A DNA stretch of 64,000 bases from Thermoanaerobaculia bacterium (GTDB taxonomy: Bacteria > Acidobacteriota > Thermoanaerobaculia > Multivoradales > Multivoraceae), in assembly GCA_963666565.1 (NCBI GenBank), contig OY762911.1:1824001-1888000 (forward strand). The letters are read 5' to 3'. Below the pieces are notes generated by a model. The model was not told the DNA's origin and searched no databases. It was given only the letters and a program-made list of their open reading frames with translations. Made by a program: the position numbers and the translations under genes. Position 1 is the stretch's first letter, and each line of letters starts with the position of its first letter. This document shows positions 47,002 through 55,002 of the stretch, piece by piece.

Positions 47002-48603
47002 ATGCCGTTGACCGAGAGCTACGTTCCCGCCGACACGAGTTCGCCCGTCCTCGAAACGACGGTTGGCGGCATCCTCCGCGACGCCGCCGCCAAGGCCCCG
47101 GACACGATCGCCCTGGTCGAGGGCGTGCCGGGCGAGCGCCGGACCTGGACCTACGCCGAACTCCTGGCGGGCGCGGAGCGCGTCGCTCGCGCCCTCGTCG
47201 CCCGCTTCGAGAAGGGCGAGCGGGTCGCCGTCTGGGCGCCGAACATCCCGGAGTGGGTGCTGCTCGAGTACGGCGCGGGCCTCGCCGGCGTGGTCTTGGT
47301 GACGGTCAACCCGGCGTACCAGCCCAAGGAGCTCGAGTACGTGCTGCGGCAATCCCGGTCTTCCGGCATCTTCTACCTGCGCTCGTTCCGCGGCAATCCG
47401 ATGGAGGAGTCGCTGAAGCAGGTCGCGGCCGGCCTGCCGGACCTGCGCGAGCTCATCCCGTTCGACGAGTTCGAGGAGTTCGTGGCCTCGGCGCCGGACG
47501 ACGTCGAGCTTCCCGAAGTGAGCCCGGACGACCCGGTCCAGATCCAGTACACCTCGGGCACGACCGGCTTCCCCAAGGGCGCCTACCTGCACCATGGCGG
47601 GATCACGAACAACGCCCGGTTCGTCGCCGAGCGCCTCGGCATGGAGCCGGGAGGCGTCTACATCAACCCGATGCCGTTGTTCCACACCGGCGGCTGCGTG
47701 CTGGGGGTCCTCGGGCCGTGCCAGTTCCAGGCGACGCTGGTCAACCTGGTGATGTTCGATCCGGGGCTGATGCTGGCCCTGGCGGAGGAGCTGCGGGCCA
47801 CGCACCTGCTCGGGGTGCCGACGATGCTGATCGCGGTGATGGAGCATCCCGACTTCGGCAGCCGCGACCTGTCGTCCGTCCACACCGTCTGCTCGGGCGG
47901 CGCGACGGTGCCTGCCGACCTGGTGCGCCGGATCGAGAAGACGCTCGGGGTTCAGTTCTCCATCATCTACGGCCAGACCGAGGCGTCCCCCGGAGTGACC
48001 CTGATGAAGCCGGACGACAGCGAGGAGGACAAGGCGAACACGCTCGGTCCGGTGCTGCCGCAGACCGAGATGAAGGTGATCGACCCCGCGACAGGCGCGA
48101 CGGTGCCCATCGGCGAGCCGGGCGAACTCTGCTGCCGCGGCTACCTCGTCATGCTCGGGTACTTCGAGATGCCCGACAAGACCGCCGAGACGATCGACAA
48201 GGACGGCTGGCTCCACACCGGCGACCTGGTGACGATGGACGACCGCGGCTACACGACGATCACCGGCCGGCTGAGGGACATGATCATCCGCGGCGGCGAG
48301 AACATCTATCCCCGCGAGATCGAGGAGCTGCTGTTCGAGCACCCGCAGGTCGCGGACGTGGCCGTCGTCGGCCTGCCGGACGAGCGGTGGGGGGAGATCG
48401 TCTCCGCCTTCGTGCGCGACGCGAACCCGGCGAACCCGGCGAGCGACGCCGAGCTCCACACGTACTGCCGCGAGCATCTGTCGCCGCAGAAGACGCCCAA
48501 GGTCTGGTACCGGGTCGACGAGTTCCCGCTGACGCCGTCCGGCAAGATTCAGAAGTTCGTGCTGGTGGACGAGTGGCGCAAGGGCGTCTGGGACGCGGCG
48601 TAG
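47002..48603 (+). CDS. AMP-dependent acyl-CoA synthetase
   Basis: YTSGTTGFPKG, YGQTE, WLHTGD, IRGGENIYP and TPSGKIQK. Confidence 0.93.
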   Translation: MPLTESYVPADTSSPVLETTVGGILRDAAAKAPDTIALVEGVPGERRTWTYAELLAGAERVARALVARFEKGERVAVWAPNIPEWVLLEYGAGLAGVVLVTVNPAYQPKELEYVLRQSRSSGIFYLRSFRGNPMEESLKQVAAGLPDLRELIPFDEFEEFVASAPDDVELPEVSPDDPVQIQYTSGTTGFPKGAYLHHGGITNNARFVAERLGMEPGGVYINPMPLFHTGGCVLGVLGPCQFQATLVNLVMFDPGLMLALAEELRATHLLGVPTMLIAVMEHPDFGSRDLSSVHTVCSGGATVPADLVRRIEKTLGVQFSIIYGQTEASPGVTLMKPDDSEEDKANTLGPVLPQTEMKVIDPATGATVPIGEPGELCCRGYLVMLGYFEMPDKTAETIDKDGWLHTGDLVTMDDRGYTTITGRLRDMIIRGGENIYPREIEELLFEHPQVADVAVVGLPDERWGEIVSAFVRDANPANPASDAELHTYCREHLSPQKTPKVWYRVDEFPLTPSGKIQKFVLVDEWRKGVWDAA

Positions 48604-48731
48604 GCCCCATGCGAGCGCGGCGGCGCCAGGCGGCTACACGAAGCGGATCCGATCTGACATGATCGCCGCTCTTCACGCAGACCCCCGTTCGCTCCGTTCG
48701 CCGCTCCGCGACTGACGGGGCGGTTCGCGCA

Positions 48732-50363
48732 ATGCAGGCTCTCAGATCCAACGTCGACGTCCGCTCCGAGCAGTTCAAGAAGAACCGCGCCGACATCCTG
48801 GAGCAGATCGAGCAGGTCGACGGCCTGCTCGAGCAGGTCGCTGGCGGCGGCGGTCCCGAGGCGATGAAGCGGCTGAAGAGCCGCGGCAAGCTGCCGGTGC
48901 GCGAGCGCGTGGCGAACGCCCTCGACCGCGACAGCCCGTTCCTCGAGATCTCGCCGCTCGCGGCCTGGAACTCGTACTACACGGTCGGCTCGGGGTTCGT
49001 CCTCGGCATCGGCGTCATCTCGGGCACCGAGTGCGTGATCCTCGGCCACGACCCGTCGGTGCGGGCCGGCGCCTTCAACGAGTTCAACTCGAAGAAGCTG
49101 ATGCGCGGCCTGGAGATCGCGCGGATCAACCGGCTGCCCTACGTCCAGTTCGTGGAGTCGGCCGGCGCCGACCTGCGCGGCAACACGGGCGACGATCCGG
49201 ACGCGCAGACGAAGCGGACGCTCGGGCACTTCGCCGAGTCCGGCCGCCTGTTCTACGAGATCTCCGAGCTCTCCAAGATGCGCATTCCGACGGTGTCGAT
49301 CGTCTTCGGCGCCTCGACCGCCGGCGGCGCCTACCAGCCGGGGATGAGCGACTACAACATCTTCGTCAAGAACCAGGCGATGGTCTCGCTCGGCGGCCCG
49401 CCCCTGGTCAAGATGGCAACCGGCGAGGACGCGGAACCGGAGAGCGTCGGCGGCGCGGACATGCACTGCCGCGTCTCGGGCCTCGGCGACTACCTGGCCC
49501 AGGACGAGATGGACGGCATCCGCCTGCTGCGCGATGTCGTCGGCCACCTGAACTGGCGCAAGGAAGGTCCCGGGCCGAGCCTGCCGCCCGACGACCCGGT
49601 GCTCGATCCCGAGGAACTGCTCGGCCTCGTCTCGCGCGACCTGCGCTCCCCGCTCGACATCCGCGAGGTGATCGGGCGCGTCGTCGACGGATCGCGGTTC
49701 GAGGAGTTCAAGCCGCTCTACGGGCCGACGATCGTCTGCGGCTGGTCGTCGATCCACGGCTATCCGGTCGGCATCCTGGGCAACAACGGCGCGCTGTTCT
49801 CCGAGTCGGCGGAGAAGGCGACCCAGTTCATCCAGCTCTGCAACCAGATCGACGTGCCGCTGCTCTTCCTGCACAACATCACCGGCTACATCGTCGGCAC
49901 GGACTACGAGCAGGGCGGGATCACGAAGAACGGCTCGAAGATGATCAACGCGGTCTCCAACTCGACCGTGCCGCACCTGTCGGTGATCGTCGGCGCGTCG
50001 TACGGGGCGGGCAACTACGGCATGAGCGGCCGCGCCTACGGCACCCGCTTCACCTACATCTGGCCGACCGCGAAGATCGCGGTCATGGGACCGGAGCAGA
50101 TGGCCGGCGTGATGACAATCGTGACCCGGGCGGCCGCGAAGCGGCGGGGGATCCCGTTCGACGAAGAGGCGGACCGCAAGCGCGCCGCCGGCGTCATCCA
50201 CTGGGCCGAGAAGCGCTCGCTGGGGCTCTACGCGACCTCGCGCGTTTCCGACGACGGGATGATCGACCCGCGCGACACCCGCACCGTGCTCGGCCTGTCG
50301 CTGTCGGCCTGCCACAGCCGGGCCGTCGAGGGGGCCAAGGGCTATGCCGTCTTCAGGATGTGA
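48732..50363 (+). CDS. acyl-CoA carboxylase beta (carboxyltransferase) subunit, geranyl-/methylcrotonyl-CoA carboxylase family
   Basis: RGKLPVRER, ESAGADL, TAGGAY, SYGAGNYGM and DDGMIDPRDTR. Confidence 0.92.
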   Translation: MQALRSNVDVRSEQFKKNRADILEQIEQVDGLLEQVAGGGGPEAMKRLKSRGKLPVRERVANALDRDSPFLEISPLAAWNSYYTVGSGFVLGIGVISGTECVILGHDPSVRAGAFNEFNSKKLMRGLEIARINRLPYVQFVESAGADLRGNTGDDPDAQTKRTLGHFAESGRLFYEISELSKMRIPTVSIVFGASTAGGAYQPGMSDYNIFVKNQAMVSLGGPPLVKMATGEDAEPESVGGADMHCRVSGLGDYLAQDEMDGIRLLRDVVGHLNWRKEGPGPSLPPDDPVLDPEELLGLVSRDLRSPLDIREVIGRVVDGSRFEEFKPLYGPTIVCGWSSIHGYPVGILGNNGALFSESAEKATQFIQLCNQIDVPLLFLHNITGYIVGTDYEQGGITKNGSKMINAVSNSTVPHLSVIVGASYGAGNYGMSGRAYGTRFTYIWPTAKIAVMGPEQMAGVMTIVTRAAAKRRGIPFDEEADRKRAAGVIHWAEKRSLGLYATSRVSDDGMIDPRDTRTVLGLSLSACHSRAVEGAKGYAVFRM

Positions 50364-50384
50364 GTTCGGCGTGACGAGGGTTGC

Positions 50385-52388
50385 ATGATCGCCCGGCTCC
50401 TGGTCGCCAACAGGGCTGAGATCGCACGGCGGATCTTCCGCTCGGCGCGCGACATGGGCATCGCCACGGTGGCGGTGTACGCCGACGGCGACGCGGACGC
50501 GCCCTTCGTCGCCGAGGCGGACGTCGGCGTCGCGCTCGATGGCCGATCGTCGGCCGAGACCTACCTCGACATCGAGAAGGTCCTGGCCGCGGCCGAGCGC
50601 ACCGGCGCCGACGCCGTCCACCCCGGCTACGGCTTCCTGTCCGAGAACGCGGACTTCGCCCGCGCGGTGACCGAGGCCGGGCTCGTCTGGGTCGGTCCGT
50701 CGCCCGAGGCGATCGCCGCGATGGGCGACAAGCTCTCGGCCAAGGCGCTGATGCGCGAGGCGAGCGTGCCGACGCTCCAGGCGGTCGAGCTCGGCGACGG
50801 CGCCGACCTGGCCGCGGCAGCGGCGGAAGTCGGCTTCCCGGCCCTGGTCAAGGCTGCGGCGGGCGGCGGCGGCCGCGGCATGAGAGTGGTCGAGTCGGAG
50901 AGCGAACTGGCCGGCGCCGTCGAGGGCGCGCGGCGCGAGGCGGAGGCCGCCTTCGGAGACGGCACCGTGTTCCTGGAACGCTGGCTCGCCTCGTCGCGGC
51001 ACGTCGAAATCCAGATCCTCGGCGACCTGCACGGCAACCTCGTCCACTGCTTCGAGCGCGAATGCTCGATCCAGCGCCGCCACCAGAAGATCGTCGAGGA
51101 AGCGCCGTCTCCGGTCGTGAGCGACGAACTCCGGGCGCGCATCGGCGCGGCCGCGGTGGCCGCCGGACAGGCGATCGGTTACAGCTCGGCGGGGACGGTG
51201 GAGTTCCTGGTCGAGCAGCCGGCGGACGGTTCGGCCCCGACCGAGTTCTGGTTCCTGGAGGTCAACACCCGGCTGCAGGTGGAGCACCCGGTGACCGAGG
51301 AGATCACCGGCCTCGACCTCGTGCGCGAGCAGCTACGGATCGCCCAGGGGGAGCGTCTCGGCTTCGGCCAGGGCGACCTGGCCATCGATGGCCATGCGAT
51401 CGAAGCGCGGCTCTATGCGGAGGATCCGGCGAACGACTTCCTGCCCCAGACCGGCCGCGTCCAGTGCTGGCAGCCCGCGCCGGGGATGAACGCGCGCTTC
51501 GACTCCGGGATCGAGAGCGGCAGCGAGGTCGGCATCGAGTTCGATCCGATGCTCGCCAAGGTCATCGTCGGCGCCGCCACGCGCCGCGAGGCGGCGCTCC
51601 GTCTCGCCCGGGTCCTCGAGACGACGCGCGTGCAGGGCATCCGGACCAACCGCGACTTCCTCGTCTCGACTCTTCGCTCGCCGGAGTACCTGGCCGGCGA
51701 CACGACGACCGACTTCATCGAACGGGTGGCGCCGGCGCCCGCGCGCCAGCCGTCGGCGGACGAGGTGGTCGCCGCCGGCATCTGCGCGGCCATGGCGGCC
51801 CAGCACGACCGCAGGCAGGCGGCCCGCATCCATCCGACGATCGTGAGCGGCTGGCGCAACACGGTGATGCCCTACGAGCGGGCCGAGTACGAGACGGCCG
51901 CCGGCGACGCGCTTCGGATCGAGTACCGCATCCAGCGCGACGGCCGGTTCGACACCCGCGCCGTTGCGGGCGACGGCGAGCCGAGCCGCCACATGGTCGA
52001 GCTCCGGCGGCGCACCGGGGACGGCGTCGAGGTCGTCATCGACGGCCGCAGGTTCCGGGCCACCGTGACGGCCGACGGCGACCGCTGGCTCGTCCACGGC
52101 CCGCAGGGCGACGTCGAACTGCGCGAACTGCCCCGTTTCCCCGTCGCGGGCCTGGAGACCGTCGCCGGCGGTCTGACCGCGCCGATGCCGGGCAAGGTGA
52201 TCTCGGTTCACGCCGCGGTCGGCGACCGGGTCGAATCGGGCCAGCTCCTCCTGGTGCTGGAAGCGATGAAGATGGAGCACCGCGTGACCGCGCCGGAACC
52301 TGGCACGGTGACGGAGTTCCGCGTCGTCGAGGGCGAGCAGGTCGGGAACGGCGAACTACTCGTCGTGATCGACGAGGACGCGGCCTGA
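50385..52388 (+). CDS. acyl-CoA carboxylase alpha subunit (biotin carboxylase + biotin carrier)
   Basis: VANRAEIA, HPGYGFLSEN, GGGGRGM, RLQVEHPVTE and EAMKME. Confidence 0.93.
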   Translation: MIARLLVANRAEIARRIFRSARDMGIATVAVYADGDADAPFVAEADVGVALDGRSSAETYLDIEKVLAAAERTGADAVHPGYGFLSENADFARAVTEAGLVWVGPSPEAIAAMGDKLSAKALMREASVPTLQAVELGDGADLAAAAAEVGFPALVKAAAGGGGRGMRVVESESELAGAVEGARREAEAAFGDGTVFLERWLASSRHVEIQILGDLHGNLVHCFERECSIQRRHQKIVEEAPSPVVSDELRARIGAAAVAAGQAIGYSSAGTVEFLVEQPADGSAPTEFWFLEVNTRLQVEHPVTEEITGLDLVREQLRIAQGERLGFGQGDLAIDGHAIEARLYAEDPANDFLPQTGRVQCWQPAPGMNARFDSGIESGSEVGIEFDPMLAKVIVGAATRREAALRLARVLETTRVQGIRTNRDFLVSTLRSPEYLAGDTTTDFIERVAPAPARQPSADEVVAAGICAAMAAQHDRRQAARIHPTIVSGWRNTVMPYERAEYETAAGDALRIEYRIQRDGRFDTRAVAGDGEPSRHMVELRRRTGDGVEVVIDGRRFRATVTADGDRWLVHGPQGDVELRELPRFPVAGLETVAGGLTAPMPGKVISVHAAVGDRVESGQLLLVLEAMKMEHRVTAPEPGTVTEFRVVEGEQVGNGELLVVIDEDAA

Positions 52389-52420
52389 TTCGCTGGAGCG
52401 CTGACGCGAGGAGGATCCGC

Positions 52421-53224
52421 ATGTCGAACCAGCCAGGTACCGAGTGCACGCTCTACGAGGTCAGGAGCGGCGCCGCCTGGATCACGCTGAACCGTCCGGA
52501 ACGGCGGAACGCCCTGTCGCCGACGCTGATCACGGAGGTGTACGACCACCTGGCGGCGGCGCAGGCCGACGACGCCGTGCGCTCGATCGTCATCACCGGG
52601 GCCGGCAAGGGGTTCTGCTCGGGCGCCGATCTCAAGCGGCAGCCGGGCGAGAGCGAGCCGGACCGGATCGTGCCGTATCCGGACGTGCTGACCGCGATCT
52701 GGGAGGGCGAGAAGCCGGTGATCGCCGCCGTGAACGGGCACGCCTTCGCCGGCGGCCTGGGCATGGTCGCGGCATCGGACCTGGTCATCGCCGCCGAGGA
52801 GGCGATGTTCAGCTTCAGCGAGGTGCGCATCGGCGTCATCCCGGCGATCATCGCCGTCGTCTGCCTGCGCAAGCTGGGGCCGCACCACGGCATGAGGCTG
52901 TTCCTGACCGGCGACCGCTTCAGCGGCCGGCAGGCGGTGGAGTACGGCCTCGCCCACAAGGCGGTCCCGCGCGACGAGTTGATGGCGACGGTGCAGCAGG
53001 AGATCGACGCGATCAACCTGGGCGGGCCCAACGCGGTGGTCGAGTGCAAGAAGCTGGTTCGGGCCGTCCCCGACATCTCGCTCGCCGAGGGCTTCGAGCT
53101 GACCCAGGGCTGGAGCCGGCGCATGTTCCAGAGCGAGGAGGCGGTCGAGGGCATGGCGGCCTTCCGCGAGAAGCGCAAGCCGAGCTGGGCGTCGGCAGTC
53201 GAGTCCGGCGGAGAGTCCTCGTGA
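52421..53224 (+). CDS. enoyl-CoA hydratase family (methylglutaconyl-/isohexenylglutaconyl-CoA hydratase-like)
   Basis: LNRPERRNAL, FCSGADL, AGGLG, FSEVRIG and AFREKRKP. GAGGAG Shine-Dalgarno upstream. Confidence 0.9.
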   Translation: MSNQPGTECTLYEVRSGAAWITLNRPERRNALSPTLITEVYDHLAAAQADDAVRSIVITGAGKGFCSGADLKRQPGESEPDRIVPYPDVLTAIWEGEKPVIAAVNGHAFAGGLGMVAASDLVIAAEEAMFSFSEVRIGVIPAIIAVVCLRKLGPHHGMRLFLTGDRFSGRQAVEYGLAHKAVPRDELMATVQQEIDAINLGGPNAVVECKKLVRAVPDISLAEGFELTQGWSRRMFQSEEAVEGMAAFREKRKPSWASAVESGGESS

Positions 53225-53233
53225 CGCTTCTCG

Positions 53234-53286
53234 CTGGGTGCGCGGGTCTTCCGACCCGCCCTGGGTGCGCGGGTCTTCCGACCCGC
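53234..53286 (+). repeat. two identical tandem 26-bp REP-like hairpins
   Basis: CTGGGTGCGCGGGTCTTCCGACCCGC at 53234-53259 and 53261-53286. Confidence 0.85.
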
Positions 53287-53321
53287 TTCTGGCTTGGCAG
53301 CGGTAGAGCCGAGGCTTCCAG

Positions 53322-53933
53322 ATGACGATTCAGCTCTACCACTGCCAGGGCGCCCGCTCGCTGCGCGCGGTCTGGACGCTCGATGAGATGGGCCTCGACT
53401 ACGACCTGCACGTGCTTCCCTTCCCGCCGCGGGTGTTCAAGAAGGACTACCTCGGCACCAACCTCCTCGGCACGGTGCCCTACATGATCGACGGCGACGT
53501 GCACATGACGGAGTCCTCCGGCATCGCGAAGTACTTGGTCGACCGCTACGGCCCGACGCCGCTCGCCGTCGACGTGGACGACCCGGAGTACGGCGCGTAT
53601 CTGAACTGGCTGTTCTACAGCGACGCGACGTTGACCTTCCCGCAGACGCTGTTTCTGCGGTACACGCGGCTGGAGCCCGAGGAGCGGCGCGTGCCGCAGG
53701 TCGCGGAGGACTACCGGCGGTGGTTCCTGGGCCGCCTGCGACTGGTCGAGGCGGCGACCTCGGACGGCCGCGACTTCCTCTGCTGCGGCCGCTTCACGAT
53801 CGCCGACATCTGCGTCGGCTACGGCCTGAAGCTCGCGGAATCGCTCGGCATCGACGACTTCGGCGACAACGTGCGGCGCTACTGGACCGGGCTCCAGGAA
53901 GTCCCCTCGTACCAGCGGATCCGCGAGGTCTGA
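53322..53933 (+). CDS. glutathione S-transferase family protein
   Basis: ARSLR, NLLGTVP, MTES and FTIADI. Confidence 0.9.
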   Translation: MTIQLYHCQGARSLRAVWTLDEMGLDYDLHVLPFPPRVFKKDYLGTNLLGTVPYMIDGDVHMTESSGIAKYLVDRYGPTPLAVDVDDPEYGAYLNWLFYSDATLTFPQTLFLRYTRLEPEERRVPQVAEDYRRWFLGRLRLVEAATSDGRDFLCCGRFTIADICVGYGLKLAESLGIDDFGDNVRRYWTGLQEVPSYQRIREV

Positions 53934-53953
53934 GGCGCGGCTGCGGTGGCGTG

Positions 53954-54159
53954 GCGTCTTCGTCGGTTGAACCCGCCCGGGGCGTGGCCGGAGGGCCTTC
54001 CCATCGGACGCTCGCGCTCTCTGGGTGAAGGGGAGGACGGCGCTCGCTTCGGTCGGCTGCGCTCCGCGGCGTCGTCGGTCGCTGGGGGCCATCGGCAGTC
54101 GCTTGCCTCCAGCCCGCTGGGAAGGCCCTCCGGCCACGCCCCGGGCTGGAGGGCGTCGG
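53954..54159. repeat. structured intergenic element copy A (29-bp perfect inverted repeat enclosing a 114-nt conserved core)
   Basis: Arms 53975-54003 and 54118-54146 are exact reverse complements. Core and flanks align with 61506-61714. Confidence 0.85.
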
Positions 54160-54241
54160 AGTTACCGGAGCGATTGTCCGCCGGTGCTGAGGTTTCGGGA
54201 ACGGATGGGGAGGCGTTTTCGTGGACCAGCCGCCGAGCAGG

Positions 54242-54362
54242 CTGGGTGCGCGGGTCTTCTGACCCGCTCACGGGCGGCGCCGCGGAGCGGCGCAGCCCGG
54301 ACGACGGGGCCGCCGGCCACGGCGGAGCGTCTCACACTGGGTGCGCCGGCGTCCCCGCCGGC
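54242..54362 (+). repeat. two REP-like hairpins upstream of the act-like operon
   Basis: CTGGGTGCGCGGGTCTTCTGACCCGC (54242-54267) and CTGGGTGCGCCGGCGTCCCCGCCGGC (54337-54362). Confidence 0.75.
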
Positions 54363-54434
54363 TTTCGAAGGGAACGCGCCGCGGAGGGGCGACCGCACTG
54401 TCGGGGGTCGATCGGCGGACTCGGTGGTCATGGG

Positions 54435-54920
54435 TTGGCGCTGAGCCTGGTTCTGGTTGCCGTCTCGTTGGTGGCCTGCGGCCCCCCCCGGAACCTGCCG
54501 ACGCCGGAACAGCCGATCGCCTGGAACCACAAGGTGCATGTCGAGGCTGGCCTGGAGTGCGTTCGTTGTCATCGGGGCGCCGAGGAGGGTGTCCATGCCG
54601 GGATGCCGTCGGTCCAGTCCTGCGCGGGCTGCCACCGGCGGGAGATTCCGGACCACCCCGAGGTCCGGAAGGTGATGCTCGCGAACGAGAACCGTGAGCC
54701 GATCCTGTGGGCGAAGGTCAACGTGATCCCGGATTCGGCGATGGTTCACTTCAACCATCGGGCGCACGCGCGGGCCGGGGTCGAGTGCCTGGCGTGCCAC
54801 GGCGATGTGGCGGCGATGACGGTGGCCGAGCCCGTGCGCAACGTGGCCGACATGGGCTGGTGCGTCGAGTGTCACCGCGAGAACGAGGCCAGCGACGACT
54901 GTCTGGCGTGCCATCGGTGA
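54435..54920 (+). CDS. pentaheme cytochrome c (ActA/QrcA-like), probable lipoprotein
   Basis: Five CxxCH motifs (CVRCH, CAGCH, CLACH, CVECH, CLACH), QPIAWNHKVH, MGWC and lipobox LVAC. The start codon (TTG 54435) is uncertain. Confidence 0.85.
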   Translation: MALSLVLVAVSLVACGPPRNLPTPEQPIAWNHKVHVEAGLECVRCHRGAEEGVHAGMPSVQSCAGCHRREIPDHPEVRKVMLANENREPILWAKVNVIPDSAMVHFNHRAHARAGVECLACHGDVAAMTVAEPVRNVADMGWCVECHRENEASDDCLACHR

Positions 54921-55002
54921 GAGTCGTGGCCGCGGTTCGAAGCGACCTGGCGCTTCCGGCGATGGCCGGAGTGCCGGACTGGCGCCGGCTGGAGGTGGTG
55001 GC

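Noticed and set aside
48604-48731. Intergenic stretch with GTTCGC/CGCTCCG motifs as a possible ncRNA
   Set aside because: No long stem, no second copy and no recognisable family motif. It only faintly resembles the core of the structured element.
53234-53286. Tandem identical 26-bp palindromic repeats resembling a mini CRISPR
   Set aside because: There is only 1 nt between the copies, so no spacer. No cas genes are present, and the same unit occurs singly elsewhere, which fits a REP-like repeat.
53954-54159. Structured element read as a classical MITE/IS remnant or a small protein gene
   Set aside because: The inverted arms are not conserved between copies, conserved sequence extends outside the arms, no target-site duplication or transposase is visible, and a 1-nt indel in the core breaks any shared reading frame.
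53946-54434. N-terminal extension of the pentaheme cytochrome (324-aa ORF)
   Set aside because: It runs through the structured element and REP copies. The lipoprotein signal begins near 54435.
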